Source: Lama glama
Lineage: Eukaryota
DNA length: 64,000 nucleotides
Assembly: GCA_028534125.1 (NCBI GenBank)
Contig: CM052817.1
Coordinates: forward strand, 81,036,001 to 81,100,000
Direction of reading: 5' to 3'
Positions 35,900-47,859 of the stretch are shown here, one piece after another. How positions within the stretch are numbered: position 1 is the first letter of the stretch; every line of letters begins with the position of its first letter. A program made the position numbers and the translations under genes. The notes below the pieces were generated by a model. The model had not been told where the DNA came from. It worked only from the letters and a program-made list of their open reading frames with translations, and searched no databases.

Positions 35900-36110
35900 G
35901 CCAGTTACTGTATATAACTGTTCTATGGACTATTTACTAAGCATTTCGTATTTCATTTAGTCCTCCCATCAGTCATTATTATCTCCATCATGTGGATTAG
36001 GAAAGATTAAGAGAGTTTAAGTAATTTGACCAGTATGACACCACAAGTAAATGTTAAAGTTTGGATTCCAGATCTGCAGTAATCCCAGTTTTTAATTTTT
36101 TCCAGTATTT
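35900..36110 (-). mobile_element. MIR SINE (degenerate)
   Basis: ttcatttagtcctcccatc…attattatctccat…gaaagattaagagagtttaagtaatttgacc. Confidence 0.6.
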
Positions 36111-38894
36111 TATGTTGATGAATGCCCCTCTGAGAAGAGGTTGTTCCTGATTATTTTAGTTTAAATATCACATTTTTCAAGTCACAGTGGAACTGTTTTT
36201 ACAAAACAAGATCTAAGGAACAAAGGAACTAGAGGTCTTTGATGGTCATTTCTTTATTGTCTGTCATCACATTGACAGGTAACCTAGGCAATACATGTGG
36301 AATCCAGAGCCACTGCATGTGGTTGTTTCTCCTGTGTCCTGCATAGAGACATTTAGCCAGGTGGGAATGATGAGCTAAAACCCAGGGAGCATTCTGCTTA
36401 CCATGCTTGTGTCTTGCCTAGGAACCTCCTTTAGGATACAGGAAAGGGAAGGGTATTTTGTCTAACTGATCTGCAGAAGGGGCACCTTTTTGCAGTGTTT
36501 CCCGTTTGTGCTGCAGGAAAGAACCTCTTTTTAGTTTGCACAGTGACCTGCCATTTTTAGTAGCAACTTCAGTATAACCTGATACTTTTTGCATATTAGC
36601 ATCCTTAGGAGCATGGGATGTTGCACAGGTATGAATCCCCTTATTTGTAGGGACTTCATAAGACCAGAAAAAACTCATTGACAAACAGCAAAAAGGTAAT
36701 AACAAAGTCCAGCAAAAGGGTAAAGACAAATTCTTAACATCTGAAGTTGTTACAAATAGACTTCATCATATACTAGGGAAAAAAACTCCTGCAGGTCCTG
36801 ATACTACAGTTAATGAGACTTCCACTTTGTTTTACATGTTTTATATTGAGAAGCACTCAAAATTATTTTAAAATTTATTCTGTGTACCTAAATTGCTTTC
36901 AAGGGACCATTTAAATTAATAACTTGAGTTTTGGTGGAAACATTTTATATCAAATCACATTGATTAGAGGAATTCTTAATATGGAAAATAAGAGTAGGCT
37001 CTCTAGATAAAGATAGTCCATAGCTTATTATACTGGCTAACTTTTCTATTATTGAATGTCTATTAATTTTCAAAAAATAAACATAAAGAAATGTAAAATA
37101 TAAAATTTGATTTGCAATTTAGTCTAGACTTTCATATCTTTAGAAATTACCAGAAATGCTTTCTGTTTAAATTATGGCCTTTTCTTCTTTGAGTTTTTAT
37201 TGTTATTATTGTCTTTAATTTATTACAAAGCAGAAGAAATAAAGGGTTTGAGGAGATAAGATTTTGTAAAGAAAAGAATGTAGAGCATGAGTTACTTGCT
37301 TCTTCAAAATATATATATATTTTCTCATCAGATTACCAAATTTTATTTCCCTGAATTGAGCATTTAAGGCTGTTTTGAGGAGGAAATTATTCCTTTGGGT
37401 GACTCAAGCCTTTGATGTTCTCACCAGCCTTGGCCCACTGTATTGGAAAAAATTAGGACCACAACCTTGCTGAAGTTTGCTACAAATAACTGATCTTTTT
37501 CCTAGTGGTATTCTGTGACCTGTGCTGATTTTTTTAAGCTAAACAGTTATGGTACTGAAGATTTTAGGTAATTTCTGCTGACTCAAGTTCATGGTAATAT
37601 AAATCATATGTCATCAAGCAGACATATAAGTAGAATTCATAGAGGAGGTCAAAATGATTTCAGATGCTTATGATAGGCATACTTCCACCATAGTCTCCAA
37701 AGCCCTCACTATTTGACAGACATTATGAACATTTACAGCTACACTTTTCCAGATCAACTGCCTTTGAATGATTTTCAGAACTCTGAGCCATTATTAAATG
37801 CCAAGGGAAGAAATTAAGCAAAGAAAAATTGGACAGACCCTCAGGAAAAGTTTCCTAATTGTGAAACTTATTAAAATGTGAAATAAATATCCACTTGGGG
37901 AGAGGATGGATGCCTACCTCTGAGGCTTTAAAAATAAGGCTAGAGCAACTCTTAGAAAAGAGAATTGAGGATAGAATTTATTACTGGCAAGGAAGTTTGA
38001 TGACATAATGGGTCTTTTCCCTCTCTCATACTAATAATACTTCTTTGATGTTTTCATGTAAGTGGTAACTTAGTTTCAAAAGCAGGTATTTGAATGCAGG
38101 GAGTGGACTCAAGTTTCAATGAAACTTCACCAGAGAAAGTCAGAGATGAAGGCCACCATTGATTATATATTGTGCTTACTTTTATGTTTGACCATGGAAA
38201 ACCATTGGACAGCCACCTAATGCATTTCCTGGCACACTCCAATTGTGCTTAGTCTTCTTTATCTGTATGTTTATCTTGCTCAATGTGTGCTACTGCTTGT
38301 CTGAAAAAGAAATATTTTTGTGTGCCTGTTAAAGCTAGCTGTGGTGTATGCAGCTCTACCCTTTGCATTTATACAAGGCTGCCAGCCTTCTGTTTTTTCC
38401 TGCTTGCTCTGTGTCCAGACCTATAAATCCAATGAAGCTGGGCTGAAGGAACATGTGAGCAGCTCTTTAGCATTAAGAATGTGATGGGAGAGATTGAGAT
38501 AGATTTGAACTGTCACCATCAATCACAGCCAATGAAAAGGCAGCTTTCCAGGTGGTATAAGGCCCTCTATTTGCTGGTACCATTTTCCTCCTTTCATCAG
38601 GTATCTAATAAGAGAAAGTATGAAGGATTTGCACATGAAACATTCCCACAATGAGTCTCAAGTAGGTGAATAAAAATATTGTAAGTGGGATTTTATTGAA
38701 TGTAAAGACCATCCTCTTGTTTTAAAAAATATTTATTTATTTATTTATATCTTAGCACTCTTTTTAAAAAAATAATGTCTTATAACAATTTAACTATACA
38801 GATGAGTGGAATTAATTCAAACAATTACATAATGTTGAGAGAGTCATAATATTATTTGAGAAGTGGTAAAATTTCTCATTTAAATGAGGGCCTA

Positions 38895-39155
38895 ATATGT
38901 CAAGAATTCACATTGCTAGGGTAAAGCTCTACTAAAGAGTAAAGAATGTACATCAGTATTAACAGGGGGGAAAACAAAATTTAGAACAAAATCTTGATTA
39001 ATCCCAAAGGAGCTACTATAGAAGAGAAAGAATGTAAAAAGTTGAGACAAGCAGAAAATATAATGTAAGACAGGAGACATAAATCCAAATATAAGAAAGA
39101 TAATAATCTATGTAAATGAATTAAATATTCCAATTAAAAGACAAAACTTGTCTGT
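38895..39155 (+). mobile_element. Old L1M inter-ORF / ORF2 endonuclease-start fragment
   Basis: aaatccaaatataagaaagataataatctatgtaaatgaattaaatattccaattaaaagacaaaac resembles the ORF2p start (…NVNGLN.PIKRQ). Confidence 0.7.
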
Positions 39156-40349
39156 CCCACTTGTATCCTCAATTAAACCAGAAAACAGAACTAATAATAC
39201 ATTTTCCATTGTTTCTTACAAACATTTTTTTTTCTTTTAGTTTTCTATTTACTCTTTTCTTTCTGGAGATTTCCCACTACTGATGATGATGAGATTGATA
39301 GGGAATTGTCAAAAACACATGATATAAATCTCAGTACTCTTGAACCTTGTAGACCACCTTATTTGATCTCTTGTCTTAGACCAGCTGTACAGGGGTTCCT
39401 CAGCATTATTCATCGATCCCTTATCCTTTCTGAGTAACAAAATGAAATACTGTGAAGACAAGAACCTCAGTATACTTTGTCTTAATTATTCAATAATTGG
39501 AATTAGGATTTAGCAGACGCACTTTGGATATTTCTGATTAGTTAATGTAAAACTGACAGAAAGCTTTTATAATTGAATCACTTGTAAAGATGTATTATTG
39601 TTTGGCTTATTTTTTTATATCTGGGAGAATAACATGTGCATGTATTTCTACTGTCACTTGCAGCTCAACAGAAACCTGTAATATACATGAACATTTCCTG
39701 AAATTTATGAGATGAGAAACTGCTTATCTCATATTTCCTTCCTTAGCATTCCAGGATCAGAAGAACATATATCACAGAGCAATACAAATAACTGGTAGCA
39801 CATAATACACACATTTATACAAAGAAATGAACAAATATTTTTATGGCAACAGTTTAAATATAACATGACTCTCTAGTTTGGACTATAGTGAAATATATAA
39901 AATTTGCTGTAAATTATCAGCTCTCCCAAATCTTTCTGTCATACCACTAAGAATTTCATAACATGAAGACCAAGATAGAAAATATGTCTTTTTCCTATGG
40001 ACTAGGGTTACCCACCCTGAGGATAACTTTAAATCCAGATTACTTCAGACCCCTGTAGATCTGATCTGTCCTTGGGACAATAACCAGCCCAAATACTTTT
40101 TCTTCAAGGTTGAAGCTCAGGATAGAGATGTAAATCTATTCAGACACACCAAGGAACAAATAAGTCACATGGAAGAGATGGAGAATGGAGCTGCCAGAGG
40201 GACAAAATGGAAAGATAGATGCTGAGGAAAGGTGCAAAAAGGAAAAAATATAGACTGGTTAGGGCAGTGTGGACTTGTCAGACATGGAGGAGCTCTCAAG
40301 TTATAAATTGCTCAAAGAAATTATTGCAGTATCTTGACATAATACAAAA

Positions 40350-40510
40350 AGGAGCATATCTGTACTCAGGAAGACCCAAGTTGAAGTCCTGGCTCTATTT
40401 CTCACTGATAGTGGGACGTTGAGTAAGTTACTTCTCTACTTCAACTCTCCAATTCTGCATCTATGAATTTGAAAAAAATTGAGTTGGATATCCAAGTGCA
40501 CTTCAGCTTT
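40350..40510 (+). mobile_element. MIR/MIR3 fragment
   Basis: tcaggaagacccaagttgaagtcctggctct…gttgagtaagttacttc…tccaattctgcatctatgaa. Confidence 0.6.
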
Positions 40511-41194
40511 CAGTTTTAATCTTCAGTGCCATCCTGGTGGGTTGTAATTGAGGGTAGTTAAGTGTTACATAAGACCATTTGTGTTGGAGTGTACCCATTG
40601 GTATGAGTCTTATTCTCAGTAATTTCGTGAGAATGTAGTATTTGAATGGCACACTTGTGGGCCATGAGGATGAGATAGGATATGAGGCAAGATCCTGGTT
40701 TTCAAATAGGAACCTGAATGTTGTTTATTTGATTAAAATCCTGCTGCACACGAAGCATTAGCTTCATCACTATGCATAAAGTGATGAAGAACTAGCATAT
40801 AGGAGAAGAACTGAATTAGAAAGAAATAGGCTTTGGACTGAGGGAAATACAGAAATGATCGGCTGATAATGCTTTCCAGGACTGTTTGTTTTGATTAAGC
40901 CAATAAAAATAATGGCAGTTATGAGAATCCTTCTGAGTTTAAAAAAATAGCTAAGTTTTCTCTTTGTGTATTATTATGTCATTTTGTTTCAGTTGATCTT
41001 CCAAACCAGGTAATGTTTCCAATATAATTAATTATAGTAAAAGGTAGAAATAGCATTAGTTCTCCTCACTCATTTTCCAAGCAAGATATTTCTTAACTAT
41101 ATGTACCTGTGTACTTATATGTACCTAAATTGGCAAGTTAAAATTTGTCTAAGAGACCGTATGTCCTAGCTTTCTGTCAGTAATTTTCAAATAT

Positions 41195-41355
41195 ACTGAT
41201 TACCTCAGTTGGTTAGAACCTGGTATTTTAGAGCCTAGATTTGGTTCCAGGGAATTCTCACTAATTTCCCAACTGAAGCGCTGTGTACACTACCAGCCTG
41301 CCAGAGTGAGGACAAAATGTTATGAATGATCGTTCCACCAAAGAAGGAACAATGG
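41195..41355 (+). mobile_element. tRNA-headed ancient SINE (MamSINE1-like) remnant
   Basis: gattacctcagttggttagaacctggt resembles the tRNA A-box head ggttagctcagttggttagagcgtggt; downstream similarity is weak. Confidence 0.35.
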
Positions 41356-42206
41356 TGTGTTTTCTAAGTTAGCTGTTACGAGAGATTTAGTCCAATGGAC
41401 ATAAGCTTGAAGAGACATGTTTTGATTATATTCTAGCTGTGGTTCTATAGCATCTTCTTTTAGAACTTGGCTCTGATGCAAAGTCTCGGTATAAGTTAAG
41501 ATGGACGAACATAGGGCTTTTGTGAGATAAAACTTGACATTTGTTGTAGTGACATTGAGGTAGGATTTGTTACATTCCCTTTACAACTCATAGTCTCAAC
41601 AATTCTTTTGAAAATTCTTCTGGCCTCCTTTCCTTAGTTAGAAACATTTTCCAGCTGGAAGATATATACGGTGACTTTTACATGTCATCCTGCTGGTTTC
41701 TAAACATAATGGTCAGGCTGATGTCTATGATATAGTTTATTTAGTCTTTTTCTTTGAATCTGTATCTTGTTTTGTGCCTGTCTTGTCTCCTAGCTCAGTG
41801 GAACAAAAAATGTCCTGGCCAGCTGCCGCCCTGTGAAACAGCTGCTTTCAGCTCTGGAAACCTGTAAAGTGGGAGTAGGCAGTAAAAATGGGGCTTCCTA
41901 CTCCTAAGACTTGAACACTCCTTTGCTGTCAATAGGTCAAATGAGCTTTAATCAAGGAAAACCAAGTTGAATAACTTTTATTTTTTACATTCTTTATCTT
42001 TACTGACATTTCTGCCCCATATGATACTGTTGACCCAGCTCTCCTTAAGATTATTTTTCTCTAGCTCTTATAATTTTACTCTGCCTGACTTACTGATGAT
42101 ACTTTTTGTGGGTTCTCCTAACCAGTTCTCCTTAAAATGTGCTATTCTCTGCATTTTATTCTTCTTCTTTGGTATCTTATTTAGCTTCATGTTGTATATT
42201 TTAAGC

Positions 42207-42404
42207 CAGTGGTTCTCAAACTTTAAGGTAGTGGCTTTCAAATTTGGCTGCGTATTGGAATCATTTATGAGATTTTCTAAATACAGGTACCTGGGCTTCT
42301 GCTCTCAGAATTCGGAGTCAGTGTTTTCAGGGTGGAGACCAGCATCTGTTTTTTAAAAATACTTTATGGATGATTCTTAAGAGCTTTCAGTTTGAAAATC
42401 ACTA
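42207..42404. mobile_element. MER5-type hAT-Charlie MITE (with a duplicated 5' terminus)
   Basis: cagtggttctcaaactt at 42207 and tagtggctttcaaatttggctgcgtattggaatca at 42229; ends tttgaaaatcacta at 42404. Confidence 0.75.
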
Positions 42405-42721
42405 CCCTCATGAATCATCTATACTCCCAACCAAACAGTCCAGTGATTTCTGAGTCTTTATTCTGATCCTTGGTTTCTCACCTGAGCTTCAGACCCATAC
42501 TTCAAATCTTCTAAGAAACATCCTCATGTAGATTATTCACAGTTATTTCAACTTCAGTATATTCAATCAAACTTATTATTCAACCATCCTTCCATTCACA
42601 GTCTATCTCTTCTTTTACTCTTAGTTCTGATAATGCCCCTTGGACCAAGGGGAAAACCTATTCATCCTCAGCTTTTTGCTTTCCACATTCTTGTTCTTTC
42701 CATCAATCTTCATGACATATC

Positions 42722-43077
42722 TGTGGTGGTTAATTTTACGTGTCAACGTGGCTGAATCACTGTGCCCAGTAAATGGTCAAACATTATTTTGGGTGTTTCT
42801 GTGATAGTGTTTTTGGAAGAGATTAACATTTAAATTTGTGTACTTTTTGTAAAGCAGACTGTCCTCCACAATGTAGGCGGGGCTCATCCAATCAGTTGAA
42901 GGCCTGAATAGAACAAAAAGAATGGGCTCCCCTTAGTAAGGGACAATTTTCTCAGCAGATAGCCTTTGGACTTGAACTGCAGCATCTGTTCATCCCTGGG
43001 TTTCTAGCATGCTGGTCTACCCTGCAGATTTTAGGCCTGCCAGCCTCTACAATTGCTTAAGCCAGTTCCTTAAAATG

Positions 43078-43119
<42 letters not shown>

Positions 43120-43176
43120 TATATAGTTATAACAGAACTAACTATTGGTTCTGTTTCTCTGGAGAACCCTAATACA
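42722..43176 (+). mobile_element. MLT2 (ERVL) solo LTR, MLT2D-like
   Basis: tgtggtggttaattttacgtgtcaac…ctcatccaatcagttgaaggcctgaatagaacaaaaag…ctattggttctgtttctctggagaaccctaataca; internal (CA)n. Confidence 0.9.
43079..43117. repeat. (CA)n microsatellite
   Basis: About 19 uninterrupted AC units inside MLT2. Confidence 0.95.
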
Positions 43177-43525
43177 CAAAGTTCAGTTCTTTCTCTTAAA
43201 TCTGTCTCTTCCTTTCATTTCCACTGTTTCTCCTTAGCTTTGGCTTCCATCAGCTTTTGCCTGGGATGACCCTAACTGGTGCGTCTCTGTTATCAGTCTT
43301 ACTTCCATCCATCAGTTTTCCACACTGCCTTGAATGTGATTTTTCTAAATTAGTAAGTCTGTTTATATTATGTTTATGCTACTACTTAGAAACCTTGGAT
43401 GTTTCACTGTTGTTTGCTGAAGCATTAAACTCTAAATCCTTTGCACACAAAGCATTTCACAACATTTTACATCTATGCTTAACCATCAGCTTTACTCAAT
43501 TTCCAATTTCTCTCTTCCCATACTA

Positions 43526-43557
<32 letters not shown>

Positions 43558-43566
43558 ACACACACA

Positions 43567-43615
<49 letters not shown>
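43526..43615. repeat. Compound microsatellite (CA)n(CT)n
   Basis: About 22 AC units (one interruption) directly followed by about 23 CT units. Confidence 0.95.
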
Positions 43616-43617
<2 letters not shown>

Positions 43618-43854
43618 GCCAGGAAACCATTCGCATCCCCTTATTCCATGCTTCTTCTCAACGACTATGTGCATATTTTTGCTTCTCCTTGGAATGCCCT
43701 TCCCTTATCTCCAGTTTATACAGTTAATTCTCTCTCATCTTTCAAACCTAGCACAAATATCACATTTCCTTGGAACTCCACCAGGCAGCAACTGGCTGTT
43801 TTATTTCTGGGTTCCTATAACACATCTAAGAGCATGATTGAACTCAATGGCTGC

Positions 43855-44040
43855 CATTCATTGAACATTTACTAAGAGTGAGGCAATACATTACCTCATT
43901 TAATCCTCATTATTATCCCCCTTTTAGGAAATAGTTTTGGTGTAGTATAGCAACTTGATCAAGATCGCAGAGCTGGAAGATAGCAGACACAGGATTTGAA
44001 CAGCTCCAAAGTCTGTGTTTTAATCCCTGTTGCCTCTCCT
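43855..44040 (-). mobile_element. MIR SINE
   Basis: cattacctcatttaatcctca…caacttgatcaagatcgcagagctggaagatagcagacacaggatttgaac…ctccaaagtctgtgttttaa. Confidence 0.7.
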
Positions 44041-47000
44041 CTCACTGTTTGCTGTCTCCACTGTGTGCTGCTTATAATTATTTATAGCATGTCTTCTGAC
44101 TGAACTACAGGATTCCTCCTATACTACCAAATGTCTGGCAGAATAAATTTTATTACTGGTTATCTGTGGTAGTATTGACAGGTTTCTGTAATCTCTGTGA
44201 GAGTTTTCATGTATTTAACTGTGCTTTATAAACTTTAAGAATTGTGGACAGAAGTGGATATTTGTGTGTTAAATTATATTTTATTTTTACTAACTTAAAA
44301 TCAGAACATTTTAGAGATAAAAGGAAACTTTTCAGGGTCATTTAATATATTCACACATTGTATATATTTGTCAGCTAAAAAGTGGAAAACATAAAAGGAT
44401 TGTTTAAAGACATAGCTAATAGATAGTAAATCAAAGTAAGAATACTTGAATTTTCTATATCTAGGTTATCTTCTAATTATAATTTTAGAAATATATTTAC
44501 ATTCCTTAAAGTATTTTGGGCCTCAGTAATATACTGCTCCAAATCTTAATGTTAAAAAGTACTCTATTGTATCATCTTGTATGTACATTTATTTTATTAT
44601 ACAACATCTGTAAGAAGAAAATAATTCAAAGCACTTACGCATCTTACTAAAATCTACTTCAGACTTGCCTTTTGGGATTTTTTTGTTGATTATCACTGTA
44701 TGAAGGTGAAGGAAACTACCTGGTCATATGATACAAAAAATTAGAAATAGCTCATTTAAAATACACTTTTAGATAGCTAAGATCGGGCTTGTTGTTCAGT
44801 TTAAGATGTGTCATACTGCCTTTAAATTACAGTTCTGAAATTATGTATTCCTAATTTCGTAATGTTTACCATGTGGCTAACTGATAAGAAAACTATTCAC
44901 ACTTCCACTCAAGAGGTCAGCAACCTTCTATTACAAACCATCCCATTGCCACAGGTTGAGGGAAAGCCAAGCCTCCTGTCACTCTTCCAGGCCAGAATGC
45001 TCTAACCAAAGTAACTAATTCTTTCTTCAAGCTTTAAACTTTAGTCTGCTGTCCAATGAAAATCCATAAAAAATGTTTTCCTTCCAAAAATACCTGTCAT
45101 AAGTATCAAATCATTCTGTTCATTTCCAGTGCTGGAATTCGGTTAATTTCCTGTAGTATCGATATTTACTCTGCAGAAGGTAGAGGAAGAAGATGGTGCT
45201 TGCTAAGTGAAGAAACCCCAATTGTAGAGCATTTCCCAGTTGACTGCAGCAATCTCTAGGCTTCAGGTATTTAAAAGAAATGAATAGACTGCCAAATCGA
45301 AAGCCCAAGAAACACATTTCTTCCACTTTTTTTTTTCATTTAAAAACTAGAAGACATTCTTGAAGGATTTCTCTGGGCTCAACACAAAACCCAAGGGAAA
45401 ATGCTGATACTGGAAATACTAGTTTTGCGTTTTTTCACCACATCATACATTATTTGGCACAATCTTTTCATTATCCGTCTTGCAACATATCAAAAAACAT
45501 TACATTTTTCTTTAATTCCAAGCCAACCATTTTGCTCTTATGGGACACCGGTCATATGAAGGATTTAGCTGTATTTTATTTATATGTTCATTTATTTGGT
45601 TAAAATAAAAATTGAAAAGGGACTTCTGAGGTCTCTTTTCACAGCTGTGATTAGAGAAAAATGGAAATCCAAAGCAATAAAATTTGTAGAACTGTAAATC
45701 ACATTCCATTTTCAGAGTCTGAAAATTGCAGAGATTAAGAAGCTTGGCAAAGAGACATTCATTACTCTTGCACATGGACATTTGTTTAGTTGGTCTACTT
45801 ATGTTATCACAGAACTTGTGGGGGTGCCCTAATGAGTCACTCAGATGACTTTATGCTCACACATCACTTTGAGGAAGCAGAGGTTAACAACAACAGGTGT
45901 TACTGGTCTGAGATATTGTGCAGACTGAAAATGCAATCCTATTTCTTTGGAATCTTTGACTCACAAAAATATGTGAAAAACAGCCCCCAAATGGTTCTGT
46001 GCTCCAATTTGATTTTATTTTAGAATTGCTTATGTTACTAGGATTTATGAGTGTTGCTTCCCTGAAAGAATGGCGTATCTTTCAGCTCTCAGTGTGTACT
46101 TTAATGGAAATAGTATGCTCTTACGGAATAAAAACTTCTCTGAAGCCCTGCCTAAGACTACTATTTCAAACCAGAACCTCTATATTGTGTCTGGAAAATC
46201 ACTAACAGAGAAACAGACAGAAAAAGAGCAAATCTGTTTTTTAAATTTTCTTACTGAAACTTCCTGTGTGACTTTCTTGCTAGGATTTTTATTCTTTGGT
46301 AGCTGTAGGATATCAGTGATTTGCATTTTGGAAAGTTATCCTGTGTGTTATTTATATACCATATCTCTGTTTCAGTTATGTGTTCAACAGCTGCATTCCA
46401 CATAACCATTAAAGGAGCTGTCAAAAAGCAACACCTTCACAGATAAAGACCTATAAAACTGAAGTCAAAACTTAATTACCCAGTGAAAGCTGTCAGGTGG
46501 CTGATGTTTTGAAACAATCAATATTTCTAAATATTTGACATTCATAAGCCTACTATAATTTCATACAAAAGATGTACCTTTCAAATTAAATTTAAGTTAG
46601 GTAATTAAGTATGGCTGATACTCCCTGGATACAACACTGGAGAGGCAGGGTAGAAGCCTTGGGTTGTACTGGGTGGTATAACCTACAACATGCTTCAGCT
46701 ATAGATAATAGACAGATAATAGAGTGTTCCTCAAAGATTTTGTTCATTATCCTTTGGTTTAAAATACTCACATCAAATGTACATTATTTTTAGACCAAGG
46801 CAAATTCTGCTTGTTTGGTACACTTACATCTATTTACCAAGACTCATAGAATCTTATGTGTGTTACAGATCTCCCTGATAGTTACCCCAGTAAGTTATCA
46901 GCTATCTCTGTTCTTTCCAGGCATGAGAAATTCGCCAACTCATAAACCTGAACAGTCCTGTGAAGAATAACTTAAACTCAGAACCTGCTGTCACAGCAGG

Positions 47001-47859
47001 TTACATTTATGATATACAAGTCTAAAGAATATTTATTCACAATCTTATAAATGTTAATAATTAGTTGAATTAGGTATAGCTCTTTTTACATTATAATATT
47101 CTGTATTTCTCATATTTTGTAGAACATCATATAAAATTTATAATATTAAATTAAGTCCAATAAGGTAATTTGTACAAAATTATAGAATTATAGTTTAGAA
47201 ATACAGTTGTTTTCCTTTTGCCCCCATATAACATGATTACTATACTAATATACAATAGTACTTACTACAGGAGGGGCAATTCAGAGTAAAATATACCATG
47301 TCACTATTCTGTTTTATAAATTATTTGTCTCCGGTTTTCTTACAGAAGGATGTTTGATGTAGATTCTTATTATTTTTGAATTTCATCTTACCCTCACCAA
47401 ACATTTTGCGAAGAAAACTGGGAATTTTTGCTTCATGAAACTCCTTCCTTCCTCTTCTCTTTTTCTCTATTCCCAGCACCAGATAACCTTAATTTATCTT
47501 TGTTTTACTAAATAGATTCAAGGTTTCTTTTTCTCAGCTAGTAATAACAACAACAACAACAATTATCATCATGATGATTGAATGCATCCTGTGTATTAGT
47601 GTCTGTCATGTACTGGGAATCTAAGATACCTAAGTTTAATAAGTCAGAAACTTTCCCAAATTAATACCCAGTAAATCAGGGAATACACTTAACTGAGACA
47701 AAGGAAATAAGCACAGATTGCACTCTCCTTCAAACTGGAACAAAGGTGTTTCCTTTGTAACTTCCTTTTAGTTTGAAATTATTGAAGAAAATTGAAAGGG
47801 TGATATATAATTAAATGGTATAGTATTTTAATGTTTAAATGAATATTGCCATGATTTTT

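Larger units (their letters stand above)
41950..43830 (+). mobile_element. Fragmented LINE-2 hosting MER5, MLT2 and microsatellites
   Basis: L2-like pyrimidine-rich blocks (tgatactgttgacc…, cctgagcttcagacccatac…, tttccatcagcttttgcctgggatgac…, cttctccttggaatgcccttccc…). Confidence 0.65.

Noticed and set aside
39270..39437. Open frame FPTTDDDEIDRELSKTHDINL…
   Set aside because: No start or splice support and no recognisable homology.
43009..43875. ORFs with THTHTH / SLSLSL / ERERER runs
   Set aside because: Translations of (CA)n/(CT)n microsatellites.
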